DNA of 22,151 bases from contig JBIOXB010000178.1 in NCBI GenBank assembly GCA_044869275.1, positions 1 to 22,151 of the forward strand, read 5' to 3'. The notes under the pieces are model-generated. The model saw nothing but the letters and a program-made list of their open reading frames with translations. It did not search any database and was not told the DNA's origin. The first letter of the stretch is position 1. Each line of letters opens with the position of its first letter. The translations under genes were made by a program, and so were the position numbers. Positions 1-9,062 of the stretch are shown here, piece after piece. The DNA comes from a bacterium. GTDB taxonomy: Bacteria; Zhuqueibacterota; Zhuqueibacteria; Zhuqueibacterales; Zhuqueibacteraceae.

Positions 1-180
1 TATCAAATTCTTACGCGGGTTTGGCTAACGCCATTCTTGACACGATCTCTGCATTCTGCCTAAGGATGATGGCTGAATAAAAGAATGGCGAGCACAAAAT
101 GTCAACACGAATTTCGCTCACATCTCAACTCAGCCTCGAGCCCATTTTCATTATGATCGGATGCCAAAAGTGGCATGACA

Positions 181-235
181 ATTCTTACAGAATGACAGCG
201 TTGGTTCTTTTGCGCAAGAACGTGAACTTAACGTT
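181..235 (-). repeat. One end of a dispersed miniature repeat (AACGTTAAGTT terminus plus TGTCATTC palindrome arm)
   Basis: The reverse complement of 181-235 aligns to 19010-19062: the first 12 nt (aacgttaagttc) and last 18 nt (ctgtcattctgtaagaat) are identical. Its + strand end (tgcgcaagaacgtgaacttaacgttg) also resembles 19269-19294. Confidence 0.8.
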
Positions 236-336
236 GTGGGGCAGGCTTGATGAGCTAACCGCTTAAAGCAAATATGACTGTAGCAGAGCTAGCATTGATC
301 ACGGAGCGAAATTCACGTGCCATTTGAGATGACATC

Positions 337-2643
337 ATGAAAAAACTTGCGCTGAGTTTCTTGTTCCTGGATCTATTGTCAAGTGCATCATCACAAACTA
401 GAGCTGTCTCCGAAGAAGAATATCTTGCCTACATAGTGCCGGCCGCAGAGGAAGGCTGGCAGAATTTGGAAGAAGAACGCGAACGCTGGCGCAAGAATAT
501 CGATGTCAATAATGTTTTCGGTTATCTCCCGCCGGGAAATGAGATTTATCTTGCCGCGCTTTCTGCCAATCTTTTCGAAATAAACCGCGAGGTGAAGTAT
601 TTGGACCGCGCCCGGGCCGTGCTGCTGCATTATGCCGAGCACAAAAAAGCTTACCCGCCGGATTTTCACAAAACACAAGCGCAGTATGCACAAGGCCTAC
701 CCGCGCTTCCCAATATTTTTACCTTCAGCAAGTACATTCACGCCTACGCCATTCTCAAAAAGCACGTGTTGCTCAGTCCGCGCGAGCGCCAGATTATTGA
801 GGAGAACATCGCGGAAAGTGCGGATTTTTTTGTGACCTTTCAGGAATGGGGCGCGATGAACCGCGCCATACTGCGCGCCGAAGGTTTGCTCTTTGCTGCC
901 AAAGCCTTGCCGGACCATCCGCATCGGGGCAAATGGCTGACGATGGGCAATGCGATCGCCAATGATAATTGGGGGCAATGGGAAATCGAAGATGCCACCG
1001 GCTATCATGCGGTTTGGCTCTATTCTTTGCTCGCCTACGCCAGCGACGTGCGCGAGGACGAAAGCCTGTATCGCACGCCGGTGATGAATTATTACTTCCA
1101 ATACTTTCTCGGCCTCATGAGTCCGGCCGGCATTGTGCCGGATTTCGGCGACGCGAACTGGGGCGGCGGCTGGGAACGCATGATTCCGTTTTTTGAGAAG
1201 GGTGCGGCAACGTACAAAGATCCGCATTTGCGCTGGGCCGCGTCGCAATATTTCCATAAGTATCTTGATCCTCTGCCGGAGCGCACAGGCGTGTTCAACG
1301 CGCTGGCGCTCTCAGATGCCTATCGCTGGGCTGATTTTTCTCTCGAGGCCGTTGCGCCGGCTTCCGGCAGCCAGGAAGTGCTCGAAGACATAGTCGGCAA
1401 AAAGATCGTCTTGCGCAATGGCTGGCAGCAAAACAGCACGTATTTGCTGTTGAACTATCGTGACGAAGGCGACGGCGGCTGGCTCTTCCGGGAGTATTTG
1501 CGCAACACCATTCCCGTGGAAGAAGAAAAAATGCACCACGGCAATTCCGATGAGAACAGCGTCGTGTTGCTGATGAAGAACAATACCATGCTGCTGCACG
1601 ACGGCGGTTATCGCGATTTCATGCCCAGCGGGCCGTTTGGCGCGTATCGCGCGGATTATTTCCACAACCGCATCGTGGCGCGGGACGGCAAAATTGCGCT
1701 GGGACAAAAGCAGGGACAGTATCGCTTTGCCTCGCCGGAGCGCGCCGCGGTTCCCGGACAAAGCCTGCTCGATTTCTTCCGCAACTCCGGCGCGTACCGG
1801 CCGGTGCGCACGCAAAAGATCGACTTTCTTCCGCTCCAGCATTTTGATCTCTCGCGCACGCGTTTAGTTGATGATCATCTCGGCTACGAGGCGGATCGCA
1901 TCATCAACTATGTCAAAGAGCTGGATTGGTTCGTCGTTTTCGACGTCATTCGCTTCAAAAAAGATACCTATCTGACGCTGGCCAATCTTTGGCACACAAG
2001 AAAAGTCTTGGCGCAGGGAGAAGGTTGGTATGATACGACCTATGATTCACTGCAATCCCTGCCCGTGGGCGGCAGCGAGCGGTTGCTGATTTATTTCCCC
2101 GAGCGCGCACACCTGGAAGAAGGGGTGGAAACGCAAATGCGATACTGGCAGCAGGAGAAAGTCATTTATCAACTCATTGGCCGGCACGGTTTCCCCGGAG
2201 ACTTGCAGGTTTTCGTTACGGTTTTGATCCCACATGGCCAGAACGACGATCCTGAAAAGTATCGTCGGCAAATTGAAATGTTGCAGGTCTCGAGTTATCC
2301 CACAGCCGTTGGCATTGCGATCAACACGCCGCAAAAAAAATATGTGATCGCCGCGAAGCTGGACCTGCAAGCCGAACTGATTCGCGATTGGCGGCGGCCT
2401 AAATATACTTATGATTCCGGCAAAACGGGGTATGGTGATTACGAGACCGATGCCTATCATCTGTTCGTCGTGGAAGAGCAGAAAAAAATCCACTTTGCTT
2501 TCACCGGCGGCGTGAAAATTCTCTACAAAGATCGCGTCTTGCACGAACAAGCGCCGGCGGAATTCGGATTGAATTTTGATGGCAGCCCGGACCAACCCGG
2601 GGTAGGAAAATTGCGTTATTGGGAAGGGGAAGTGACGAAATAA
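337..2643 (+). CDS. Secreted heparinase II/III-like (polysaccharide lyase-like) protein
   Basis: 768-aa ORF with an MKK + hydrophobic N-terminus (signal peptide-like). Helical N-terminal half with WEIEDATGYH and PDFGDA; then HHGNSDENS...LLHDGGY...HNRIV, resembling the Hepar_II_III H-x-H-x-D...D-x-G...HN pattern. Confidence 0.6.
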   Translation: MKKLALSFLFLDLLSSASSQTRAVSEEEYLAYIVPAAEEGWQNLEEERERWRKNIDVNNVFGYLPPGNEIYLAALSANLFEINREVKYLDRARAVLLHYAEHKKAYPPDFHKTQAQYAQGLPALPNIFTFSKYIHAYAILKKHVLLSPRERQIIEENIAESADFFVTFQEWGAMNRAILRAEGLLFAAKALPDHPHRGKWLTMGNAIANDNWGQWEIEDATGYHAVWLYSLLAYASDVREDESLYRTPVMNYYFQYFLGLMSPAGIVPDFGDANWGGGWERMIPFFEKGAATYKDPHLRWAASQYFHKYLDPLPERTGVFNALALSDAYRWADFSLEAVAPASGSQEVLEDIVGKKIVLRNGWQQNSTYLLLNYRDEGDGGWLFREYLRNTIPVEEEKMHHGNSDENSVVLLMKNNTMLLHDGGYRDFMPSGPFGAYRADYFHNRIVARDGKIALGQKQGQYRFASPERAAVPGQSLLDFFRNSGAYRPVRTQKIDFLPLQHFDLSRTRLVDDHLGYEADRIINYVKELDWFVVFDVIRFKKDTYLTLANLWHTRKVLAQGEGWYDTTYDSLQSLPVGGSERLLIYFPERAHLEEGVETQMRYWQQEKVIYQLIGRHGFPGDLQVFVTVLIPHGQNDDPEKYRRQIEMLQVSSYPTAVGIAINTPQKKYVIAAKLDLQAELIRDWRRPKYTYDSGKTGYGDYETDAYHLFVVEEQKKIHFAFTGGVKILYKDRVLHEQAPAEFGLNFDGSPDQPGVGKLRYWEGEVTK

Positions 2644-2647
2644 GTCT

Positions 2648-2676
2648 GTAGGGGCGACCCGCCGGGTCGCCCCTAC
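2648..2676. repeat. GTAG-type REP-like perfect palindrome
   Basis: gtaggggcgaccc-gcc-gggtcgcccctac: perfect 13-bp stem with a 3-nt loop, GTAG/CTAC at the ends, 4 nt after a stop codon. No U-tract follows. Confidence 0.8.
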
Positions 2677-2730
2677 TTGCTTGCCCCCACGCGCCGAATC
2701 ATCCCAACATTATTATTCTGGAAAAATGAA

Positions 2731-3528
2731 ATGCCCAACCCCACAATCAAATTGACGCCAACGCAAATCGACTTCTTTCATCGTGAAGGCTATCTGGTCA
2801 TTCCCGCCATCACCACGCCGGAAGAAGTCGCGCGCATTCGCGAAATTTATGACGAATTGTTTGCCAAGCAAGCAGGCCGGGAGGAGGGCAATCAATTTGA
2901 TCTGGCCGGTGCCGATGAGGAGGGTGCAACCGCCGCGTTGCCGCAAATTCTCATGCCGGTGAAATACGCACCGGAGCTGGCGCATACGCTTTATCGCGCC
3001 AATGCTCTGGCGATTGCGCAACAGCTTTTTGGCCCAACTTCATCTTACAAGGGCGAGCACGCCATATTCAAACCGGCAGGTTATGGTGCAGCAACACCCT
3101 GGCACCAGGACGAGGCCTACTGGAATCCCGAGTTGAATTATAACGAAGGCAGCTTCTGGATGCCGCTGCAAGAAGCCACGCCGGAAAACGGCTGCATGTA
3201 TTTCATTCCCGGCAGCCACCGCCTGGAAGTATTGCCGCATCACTCCATTAACAACGACCCGCGCATTCACGGCTTGGAAGTTGACATGAGCTGGGTTGAT
3301 CTATCCCAAGCCGTTGCTTGTCCGCTGCCGCCCGGCGGAGCAACCGTGCACACCTCGCGCACGTTGCATTATACGCCGCCCAATCGTTCCTCAGTTTCAA
3401 GGCGCGCCTATATCCTCGGATTTGGTGCCGATCAGAAAAAACGAACGACGCCGCGGCGCTTTCCGTGGAACGAAGTCAAGCAAACCGCACGCGAGCAAAG
3501 AGCAAAGAGCGTGGTAGAAAGAGCATAA
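2731..3528 (+). CDS. Phytanoyl-CoA dioxygenase (PhyH) family Fe(II)/2-oxoglutarate dioxygenase
   Basis: FFHREGYLVI, TPWHQD (HxD), ENGCMYFIPGSH, distal His in TLHYT and Arg in RRAY. ATG 2731 preferred over the TTG at 2677, which abuts the REP. Confidence 0.9.
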   Translation: MPNPTIKLTPTQIDFFHREGYLVIPAITTPEEVARIREIYDELFAKQAGREEGNQFDLAGADEEGATAALPQILMPVKYAPELAHTLYRANALAIAQQLFGPTSSYKGEHAIFKPAGYGAATPWHQDEAYWNPELNYNEGSFWMPLQEATPENGCMYFIPGSHRLEVLPHHSINNDPRIHGLEVDMSWVDLSQAVACPLPPGGATVHTSRTLHYTPPNRSSVSRRAYILGFGADQKKRTTPRRFPWNEVKQTAREQRAKSVVERA

Positions 3529-3561
3529 TGCAATTGTTGCCTATGGTGATCTTCCGCCAGC

Positions 3562-3643
3562 GTTGTCATTCCGTAGGAATTTTTTTCAGCATTCAGCACA
3601 GCACTGTGCTGAATACTGAAAAAGATCCTTCCAGGATGACAAC
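3562..3643. repeat. 82-bp hairpin repeat of the TGTCAT(T/C)C...GRATGACA family
   Basis: 40-nt arms (3562-3601 and 3604-3643) match at 33/40 as an inverted repeat. The arm ends resemble those at 181-197, 9063/9248-9263 and 19046-19135. Confidence 0.8.
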
Positions 3644-3699
3644 AGAATAGAGTGGCAAAATAACTCCTGCTGAGTTTGAGTGAAAGCGATGTTGTGCTC

Positions 3700-4746
3700 A
3701 TGACTGACTTCACGAACTTCTCAAGTTTGCCTCTCATTACCCCTGCTCGCACGCGCTCTATTTCCGCCGAGAATCCCACTGGCGAAAAATCCGGCGGCGC
3801 ACGAGCAGTTCCCGAGGATCCAAAAAATGCCGCCTTCGCGCTCGGCAAAGGTTGGAAGGTGCGGCCGTGCATTGCCTTGCCCGCGCAACAAATCACGACA
3901 CTGGCAGAGATCACCGGCCCGGGCGTGATTCAGCACATTTGGATCACCACGGATGTCAAGGCCTATCGCGATTGCATCCTGCGTTTCCATTGGGACAAAG
4001 AAGCTGAGCCTTCCGTTGAAGTTCCACTCGGCGATTTCTTTGCGCTGGGACATGGTTTGAGCTACAACGTGAATTCTCTAGTTGTGGCAGTGAATCCTAC
4101 GGGTGGGTGCAATTGTTACTGGCCCATGCCTTTTCGCCGGCACGCGCGCATCACGGTTGAAAATCAACGCGAGGAAGAACTGCCGCTTTTCTTTTATCAA
4201 ATCACTTATGCCTTGGATGAAGTTCCCGAAAATACCGGCTATTTTCATGCACAATGGCGGCGCAGCATGACGCGGCGTGATCATCCCGAGCATGTTATCT
4301 TGGACAACGTGCGCGGCCGCGGCCATTACGCCGGCACTTTTCTTGCGTGGGCACAGCTTTCCAACGGCTGGTGGGGTGAAGGCGAAGTGAAATTTTATAT
4401 CGATAGCGACAAGGAGTATCCCACCATTTGCGGCACCGGTACGGAAGACTATTTCGGCGGCGCATGGTGCTTTGGCGAGACCTATTCCACGCCCTTTTTG
4501 GGCTATCCTCTGTGGCGCAAAGAAGCCACCGAGATTCCCAAACATGCGATGTATCGCTGGCATGTGCCCGATCCCGTCCGCTTTGCCGAAGATTTATGCG
4601 TGACCGTGCAAGCGCTGGGCTGGTGGCCGACGCGGCAATATCAGCCGCTGACGGACGATATTTCATCTGTGGCTTATTGGTATCAAGCCGAGCCGCACGC
4701 GGCCTTTCCGCAATTGCCAAAAAGAGAAGAAAGGTTCCCGCGGTAA
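3700..4746 (+). CDS. DUF2961 / GH172 family glycoside hydrolase
   Basis: SISAENPTGEK, GPGVIQHIW, PSVEVPLGDFF, NCYWPMPF, WWGEGEVKF and GTGTEDYFGGAW (both GH172 catalytic Glu motifs), DDISSVAYWYQ. ATG 3700 chosen; the ORF opens at 3676. Confidence 0.9.
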   Translation: MTDFTNFSSLPLITPARTRSISAENPTGEKSGGARAVPEDPKNAAFALGKGWKVRPCIALPAQQITTLAEITGPGVIQHIWITTDVKAYRDCILRFHWDKEAEPSVEVPLGDFFALGHGLSYNVNSLVVAVNPTGGCNCYWPMPFRRHARITVENQREEELPLFFYQITYALDEVPENTGYFHAQWRRSMTRRDHPEHVILDNVRGRGHYAGTFLAWAQLSNGWWGEGEVKFYIDSDKEYPTICGTGTEDYFGGAWCFGETYSTPFLGYPLWRKEATEIPKHAMYRWHVPDPVRFAEDLCVTVQALGWWPTRQYQPLTDDISSVAYWYQAEPHAAFPQLPKREERFPR

Positions 4747-4764
4747 ACCCAGGGATGAGTGCAC

Positions 4765-5610
4765 ATGCAAATTAAATTCGTCCGCAGTATGTGGGGCATG
4801 GACCAACCCACGCTTGCGGCAAATCTGCGGCGGATCAAGGACGGCGGCTTTGATGGCGTGGAAATGGGTGCGCCAGCTGATCCGGAGCAACGCAAAGAAC
4901 TGCACGCACTTCTGCGTGAGTTGGATTTGCTCTTCATCGCGCAGCAATGGACTGAGGGCGCTTCCCCCGAAGAACACGCACAGAGTTTTGAAACGCAGTA
5001 TCGCCGCAATGCCGAGCTGCATCCTGCGCTGGTTAATTCACACACCGGCAAAGATTACTTCACCACGGCCGAAAATATTTCGATTTGCCGGAAAGCCGCG
5101 GCGCTCGAGCAGGAGCTCGGCTTCACCATCACGCACGAAATCCATCGCGGGCGCATGACTTTTTCCACGCTGGCGACCATGGCGCTTTTGGACAAGATGC
5201 CCGAGCTGAAACTCACGGCGGATTTCTCGCATTGGTGCTGCGTGCACGAGACGTACTTGCAGGATCAAGACGAAGCAATGCAGCGCGCCATTGCTTGCAG
5301 CTATCACATTCACGCACGCGTTGGTTTTCCGGAAGGCCCGCAAATTACCGATCCTCGCGCGCCGGAGTGGCAGGGCGCAGTCGATATCCATGTGCAATGG
5401 TGGCAAAAGATCGTGGATTATCACCAGCAGATCTGCACAAAGGTCATAACGATCTGCCCAGAGTTTGGGCCGCCGGATTATATGGTGACGATGCCGTACT
5501 CACGGCAGCCGATTGCCGATCTTTGGGAAGTGAACTGTCATATGAAGGATTTGTTGAAAGCACGGCTGAAGTATGAGTGCAATTATGCCAACCCACTCCG
5601 TCCTCGATAA
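4765..5610 (+). CDS. Sugar phosphate isomerase/epimerase (xylose isomerase-like TIM barrel)
   Basis: GFDGVE, HEIHRGR, TADFSHW, HIHARVG and PEFGP supply the E/D/H/E metal-ligand pattern. The 3' end overlaps the next gene. Confidence 0.8.
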   Translation: MQIKFVRSMWGMDQPTLAANLRRIKDGGFDGVEMGAPADPEQRKELHALLRELDLLFIAQQWTEGASPEEHAQSFETQYRRNAELHPALVNSHTGKDYFTTAENISICRKAAALEQELGFTITHEIHRGRMTFSTLATMALLDKMPELKLTADFSHWCCVHETYLQDQDEAMQRAIACSYHIHARVGFPEGPQITDPRAPEWQGAVDIHVQWWQKIVDYHQQICTKVITICPEFGPPDYMVTMPYSRQPIADLWEVNCHMKDLLKARLKYECNYANPLRPR

Positions 5611-7819
5611 TTCGCGCAGCGAACCGCCTGTGCGCGCAGAAGTCAAAGTCAGACACGGGACTCCACGTTTAATCTTAAATGACGAAGAAGTCTATCCGCT
5701 GTTGGCATGGAGCTGGGGACTGGAACACAGCACACCATTTTTCACACAGGCCGGCGTCAATTTGTTGCATCCGATTTTGGGGCTGAATGCGGCCTGGCCG
5801 GCGCCGGAGGTTTATGATTGGGCGGAATACGACGCGCTATTCGAGCGCTTGCTTGCGCAGAATCCCAAGGCTTTTTTTCTGCCTCGTATTCTGCTCGATG
5901 TGCCGGAATGGTGGAAAGCCCAACACGAAAGCGAATTGATTGTTTGCGCGCTGCCCTTGCAGCCGGAGGATCAGCGGCAATATCGCCCGGCGATTCGCAG
6001 TGAGGAGGGTGGATGGCTGTGGGGCATTCAACTGCGCGAGCCCTCGCTGGCCTCGGAGGTTTGGCGCGCAGACATGGAAGAGTTGTTCCGCGCTTTTTTA
6101 CGGCATGTCGAAAACTCGCCGCTGCGCAGCCGCATTTTCGGCTATCAAATTGGCTGCGGCATTTACGGGGAATGGCACTATTTCATCTCCGAATTCGTGC
6201 CGGATTTGAGCTTGCCGATGCAGCAGAAGTTGGGATACGTTCCCGATTTGGAAATGCGTGTGAGTACGACCTTTGGTTTATTGCGCAATCCTGAGCGCGA
6301 GCAGCCGGTGATTGACTATTACCGCCGCTTTCATGAATTCAACGCCGAGGTGTTGCTGCATTTCGCACGCGTTGCCAAAGAAGAAACCAAGAGCAGAGTC
6401 CTCTGCGGCGTGTTCTATGGTTATCAGCTCGAAAATGTGTGGATACAAGAGGGCGGACATCTCGCTCCGGAAAAAATCCTGCACAGCCCGGATATTGATT
6501 TTCTCGCGAGCCCGTACTCCTATCAAGCCACGAATCAAGAAGGCCGCCAATGGTGGGAGCACGAAATCTACGACGAAGCTGACAACTATCTGGGCCGTAC
6601 GCGTGGTGTGGGCGGCGACGCCGGCTATCGTGTGCTGTTGGAATCTCTAAAGCGGCACGGCAAGCTGTATTTTGCGGAGATCGATCCCAACACCTTTCTC
6701 GAACCGCCGCCAATCCATCCTGACGGCAGCGGCGGCACACAGGTCGAGAGAGAATTGTGCATGGTCGGCGGCGTGGGTTCGACGACGCTTGAGGGCACGC
6801 GCCGCATTTTGCAGCGCGATCTCGGCCGCATGCTGGTAGGCGGAAATGGCGGCTGGTTGTTTGATTTCGGCCCGGTGTTGCGCACGCGCAAAAGCTGGTA
6901 TGCGGATGAAAAGATCATTGCCGAAGTCGCGCGCTTCACGAAGTTGAGCGAGCAGCGCAAGCATTGGGACATGCGCTCGCGCGCACAAATCGCCGCTGTT
7001 TATGACGCCAAAAGCCTGTTCGCCACGCGCCATTGGCGCGCCGAAGCCCCGTATTCCAAAGGCGGCCATTGCCTGGATTACTTCACGCGCTGGTTCATGG
7101 ATTCACAGGCGCGTGCTTTGCATCGCCTCGGCGCGCCCGTGGATTTCTTGTATCGTTTTGATTTGGGGCACGAAGATGCACAGAAGTACCGCCTGTTGCT
7201 CATGACGAATTTGTTTTACCTCACCAACGGAGAAATCGAGAGCTTGCATGCTTTACTCAAGAACAGCAACGCCACGGTGGTATGGTACTATGCCCCAGGT
7301 TTCATCGCGCCGGATAAGCTGGATTTGTCTCGCATGGAGCGCTTGACGGGTTTTCGCTTTCGTTTCACCAGCTCACCCGGACCGATGCTGATCCGCAGTG
7401 AATGGAAAGACAAAAAAGCTGGTTTGCTCTTCGGTGTGAAACAGCACGAATATCCGCGCTTTGCCGTTTGCGATGAGGAAGCAACAGCGCTGGGCTACTG
7501 GCACGATTGCGAGGAAGTCGCGTTTGCCTCCAAGCCATATCAAGGATGGAATTCCGTTTATGCCGGCTCAGCGCCCTTGCCGGTGGAGATTTTGCGCGAG
7601 CTTGCGCAGCGCTCAGGTGCGGCATTATGGAGCACCCAACCGGATATTGTCATTGCTGCGGAAGATGCTGCGATGATGGTTGCGACTACCGAGGGCGAAC
7701 GCACACTAACCTTGCCCAAGCTGATGACGTGTCTTGAAAGTGGCGAAACGCAATGCAACCATCTTCTCAATTTGGAATTGGGCGAAGTGCGATTTTTCTT
7801 CAAAAACTATGCCCATTAA
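5573..7819 (+). CDS. GH42/beta-galactosidase-like glycoside hydrolase (no signal peptide evident)
   Basis: 748 aa. YDWAEYD...FFLPRI...PEWW, PSLASEVW, IFGYQIGCGIYGEW, DFLASPYSY and FAEID, then a trimerisation-like domain (IAAVYD...GAPVDF...YRLLLM). Start could instead be ATG 5585. Confidence 0.6.
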   Translation: MSAIMPTHSVLDNSRSEPPVRAEVKVRHGTPRLILNDEEVYPLLAWSWGLEHSTPFFTQAGVNLLHPILGLNAAWPAPEVYDWAEYDALFERLLAQNPKAFFLPRILLDVPEWWKAQHESELIVCALPLQPEDQRQYRPAIRSEEGGWLWGIQLREPSLASEVWRADMEELFRAFLRHVENSPLRSRIFGYQIGCGIYGEWHYFISEFVPDLSLPMQQKLGYVPDLEMRVSTTFGLLRNPEREQPVIDYYRRFHEFNAEVLLHFARVAKEETKSRVLCGVFYGYQLENVWIQEGGHLAPEKILHSPDIDFLASPYSYQATNQEGRQWWEHEIYDEADNYLGRTRGVGGDAGYRVLLESLKRHGKLYFAEIDPNTFLEPPPIHPDGSGGTQVERELCMVGGVGSTTLEGTRRILQRDLGRMLVGGNGGWLFDFGPVLRTRKSWYADEKIIAEVARFTKLSEQRKHWDMRSRAQIAAVYDAKSLFATRHWRAEAPYSKGGHCLDYFTRWFMDSQARALHRLGAPVDFLYRFDLGHEDAQKYRLLLMTNLFYLTNGEIESLHALLKNSNATVVWYYAPGFIAPDKLDLSRMERLTGFRFRFTSSPGPMLIRSEWKDKKAGLLFGVKQHEYPRFAVCDEEATALGYWHDCEEVAFASKPYQGWNSVYAGSAPLPVEILRELAQRSGAALWSTQPDIVIAAEDAAMMVATTEGERTLTLPKLMTCLESGETQCNHLLNLELGEVRFFFKNYAH

Positions 7820-7834
7820 CTTGGATATTTTTTC

Positions 7835-8193
7835 ATGAAAGCCCAGGCCGTCGTGTTCACTGCGCCTCGCCAAGTTGAATTCATGGAAATCCATTGTCCT
7901 GATCCCGGCCCGGAAGATGTCGTTGTGCGCCTCACGCATTCGTGGATTAGCAATGGCACCGAAGGCTCATTCTTGCGCGGCGAGCGCATTGGTACGGCGG
8001 CTTTTCACTATTGGGCTACGGCGCTCATAATCGCGCTGCCGCCGATCGCGCTTTGTAACTTATTTTGAAAAACAAACTTCAGCTCGCAGCGCTGGTCAGC
8101 CACAGAATGCCGTTGCGATCTTATGCCGAAGGCGTGGCCATGCTGCGTGACCTGAAGGCCATCAAAATTCTCTTTGATCCGTGGGCGGAATAG
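7835..8193 (+). pseudogene. Internally deleted Zn-dependent (MDR) alcohol/polyol dehydrogenase remnant
   Basis: 7835-~7990 encodes an MDR N-terminus (MKAQAVVFTAPRQVEF...PGPEDVVVR...ISNGTE). A different frame from 7987 to TAG 8191-8193 reads HWYGGFSLLGYGAHNRAAADRAL*LILKNKLQLAALVSHRMPLRSYAEGVAMLRDLKAIKILFDPWAE*, a typical MDR C-terminus with an internal TAA at 8056-8058. The NAD-binding middle is absent. Confidence 0.8.
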
Positions 8194-8195
8194 CG

Positions 8196-9044
8196 ATGCA
8201 GCGGCGAAAACGAAACGGTATGAAAAAATTCCGCAACGCCTTGGCACGCCAGCAAGCGCATTGGCAAGCAAACGTCGAGCTTTTCAAAAAAACGTCCTGG
8301 CCGCGCGCGCAACGCATCCTGCAGCTTGGCCAGCGGCCGATCATGATCGGTGGCTGCGGCCGCTCGGGCACGACGTTGCTGCTTTCGATTCTTTCCTGTC
8401 ATCCCAAAATATTTGCGATCGATATCGAAACCACCGCGCTGTGCCCGGACGGTTACGGTGCCGACGGTTTGTATAATAGGAATCCGAATCTCGAGGTACC
8501 TTTCAAATTTGAAAAAATCTACGAATACTTGCTTGCGCATGAGATTCCGGAAAGCTGCGCACGCTGGTGTGAAAAGACGCCGCGCAATGTCATTTACTTT
8601 GAGCGCATTCTTCATCATTTCGGAGAACGAGTGCGATTGATCCATATCGTGCGCGATGGCCGCGACGTCGTCACTTCCGTGCATCCTCGCGAGGCCTCGC
8701 GCTATTGGATCACGCCGCATCGCTGGGTCATGGATGTGGCTGCTGGCCGGCGTTTGGAAAATCATCCGCAAGTATGCACTATTCGGTATGAAGAATTAGT
8801 GCGAAATTACGAAGCGATCATGCGCCGCGTCTGTGAGTTTATCGAGGAAGATTTTACTCCGGCATTTCTGCAGTATCCAAATTCGGCGCGCGTGCAGGAG
8901 AGCATTGCCTGGTTCAATCCGGCGCAAACCATGAACGACCGCGCGATCGGCCGCTGGCAAGAATCCAAATTTGAGCAGGCTGTTAATGCACTATTGCATG
9001 AACCTGGCGCAGTGGAATTGCTCGAGCATTATAACTATCGTTAG
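8196..9044 (+). CDS. PAPS-dependent sulfotransferase family protein
   Basis: IGGCGRSGTTLL (5'-PSB loop), WCEKTP, IHIVRDGRDVVTS (3'-PB motif), IRYEELV, IGRWQ. ATG 8196 lies 2 nt after the pseudogene stop; ATG 8220 is an alternative. Confidence 0.9.
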   Translation: MQRRKRNGMKKFRNALARQQAHWQANVELFKKTSWPRAQRILQLGQRPIMIGGCGRSGTTLLLSILSCHPKIFAIDIETTALCPDGYGADGLYNRNPNLEVPFKFEKIYEYLLAHEIPESCARWCEKTPRNVIYFERILHHFGERVRLIHIVRDGRDVVTSVHPREASRYWITPHRWVMDVAAGRRLENHPQVCTIRYEELVRNYEAIMRRVCEFIEEDFTPAFLQYPNSARVQESIAWFNPAQTMNDRAIGRWQESKFEQAVNALLHEPGAVELLEHYNYR

Positions 9045-9062
9045 ATTACCACCTCCTCTGCA

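Noticed and set aside
1..336. Cobalamin riboswitch or sigma70 promoter upstream of the locus
   Set aside because: No B12-box consensus recognised. TTGACA at 37-42 lacks a convincing -10 at the right spacing. The IRs at 29-38/81-90 and 161-176 may be further repeat fragments but have no second copy in the window.
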